Shown in pieces: positions 63,123 through 64,000 of a stretch of 64,000 nt of DNA. Below the pieces are notes generated by a model. The model was not told the origin of the DNA, ran no database searches, and saw only the letters and a program-made list of their open reading frames with translations. The translations under genes were made by a program, and so were the position numbers. This DNA is from Flavobacteriaceae bacterium. Its GTDB lineage: Bacteria > Bacteroidota > Bacteroidia > Flavobacteriales > Flavobacteriaceae. The DNA is taken from positions 155,133 to 219,132 of the forward strand of contig PBHD01000005.1 in the NCBI GenBank assembly GCA_002719315.1, written 5' to 3'. Each line of letters starts with the position of its first letter. Positions within the stretch are counted from its first letter, which is position 1.

Positions 63123-64000
63123 GTGATAATTAAGAAGGAAAATTTAAAAATAAGTGAAAGTGAAATTTTTTTGCAAATTGGCAAAAAAAGAAAATTTTAT
63201 GAAAGTAAGGTAAACAACTTTCTAATTAATTTAAATATTTCTAATTCTAGTAAAGTATGGTGGGCCTTTAATTTTACTGCAAGGAACCCAGTAACTTCAA
63301 AACTTTTCGAAAAATTAATTGTTGTATTAGCCATAATTGATATAATTGAGAGTGATCAATCAAAACAAATAGATTTTTATAAAATTTCAGTTGGTCAAAG
63401 ATCAATTATTAATCAATATTTTGATTATAAACCAAAATATTATATAAATTCATTTTATGATTTTTTTTTAAAAAATATATTTTTTGAATATATAAAGATA
63501 ATTTATTTACTAATAGAAATATTTTTAAGATTTTTTAAATTAAAAAATAAAACAATAACAACTAATATATTGTTATTCAGCTACATAGATAATATTAAAA
63601 GAAATGACAGAGATTCTTATTTTGGAAATTTATTAAATAAAATAACTGAAGATTATCCTGAAAAAAAAGTTTCATATTTATTTTATTTATATAGGCCATT
63701 TATTAAAATGAAAAAGTGTTTAAAGAATGAAAAATCAAATTATAGTTTTATTTTTAATCACTTACATTTAATTGACTATTTATGGGCTTTTATTCAAGTT
63801 ATAAATGGTTATTTTTTTTCAATTAAAAATTCAAATATTAGTTTAAATAATAAGAATATATTTTTCAAAGAGATTATAAGAGAAACCATGAAAAAAGAAT
63901 TATCCAGAGGTTATATAAATAATTTACTTGTTTACAGAGCTTCAAAAAGGATAAGAAATATTCCTAAATTAGAAACTTTAATTTACCCTTTTGAAAATAA
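63123..64000 (+). CDS. Hypothetical surface-carbohydrate-locus protein, N-terminal part (open to the window end; GTG start)
   Basis: My own translation stays open from the GTG at 63123 to 64000 (VIIKKENLKISESEIFLQIGKKRKFYESK...WWAFNFTARNP...LIYPFEN). It is missing from the ORF track because no stop is reached. Confidence 0.5.
   Translation, partial: MIIKKENLKISESEIFLQIGKKRKFYESKVNNFLINLNISNSSKVWWAFNFTARNPVTSKLFEKLIVVLAIIDIIESDQSKQIDFYKISVGQRSIINQYFDYKPKYYINSFYDFFLKNIFFEYIKIIYLLIEIFLRFFKLKNKTITTNILLFSYIDNIKRNDRDSYFGNLLNKITEDYPEKKVSYLFYLYRPFIKMKKCLKNEKSNYSFIFNHLHLIDYLWAFIQVINGYFFSIKNSNISLNNKNIFFKEIIRETMKKELSRGYINNLLVYRASKRIRNIPKLETLIYPFEN

Noticed and set aside
28802-64000. Calling the glycan block a mobile genomic island.
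   Set aside because: No integrase, transposase, tRNA target or flanking direct repeats are visible in the window, and its right boundary is not reached. Only compositional and functional atypicality (judged by eye) can be claimed.
1-64000. rRNA, tRNA, CRISPR arrays, IS elements, prophage genes and defence systems (restriction-modification, CBASS, Cas and similar).
   Set aside because: I scanned the intergenic regions and ORF translations. I saw no cloverleaf-like or rRNA-like sequence, no spaced direct-repeat array, and no transposase, integrase, nuclease or helicase signatures typical of these systems.

Overview
This is a low-GC, very gene-dense bacterial chromosome segment. It is most consistent with a streamlined marine Bacteroidota (Flavobacteriia-like) genome. 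Supporting signs are TAnnTTTG-type -7 boxes, a TonB-dependent receptor, many lipoprotein or signal-peptide N-termini, a MORN/YwqK lipoprotein and Wzy_C-TPR proteins. I recognised no rRNA, tRNA, CRISPR, transposase, integrase or phage genes.

- **1-19.5 kb:** core metabolism and transport with a marked amino-acid, D-amino-acid and peptide flavour. Genes include a TrpB2-like enzyme, an enolase-superfamily epimerase translationally coupled to a DUF1611 protein, a secreted M20 amidohydrolase, an Ala/Gly:cation symporter, a Tat-signal aminotransferase, a PBP4-type DD-peptidase and an M19 dipeptidase. A small TonB-dependent receptor sits next to a secreted orphan PqqB-like protein.
- **19.7-22.7 kb:** a 977-aa Thr/Ala/Ser-rich lipoprotein with a structured leader and a strong terminator.
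- **22.7-28.8 kb:** two paralogous O-antigen-ligase-fold (Wzy_C) + TPR proteins flank a WecA-like initiating transferase that is coupled to a MORN lipoprotein.
- **28.8-64 kb:** a large surface-glycan island with 34 consecutive + strand genes and more beyond. It centres on nonulosonic-acid (pseudaminic/legionaminic-type) chemistry with acetamidino, formyl and methyl tailoring enzymes. It also holds a separate, divergent Kdo-like ulosonic-acid module.

The island contains no glycosyltransferase, flippase or polymerase family that I can recognise. It does contain several orphan ORFs. A 19-nt motif containing a -7 box is repeated at the head of three transcription units. The island, its Kdo-like module, its orphan ORFs and this motif are the best candidates for undescribed biology. 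All functional calls rest on motif and family recognition by eye; no searches were run.
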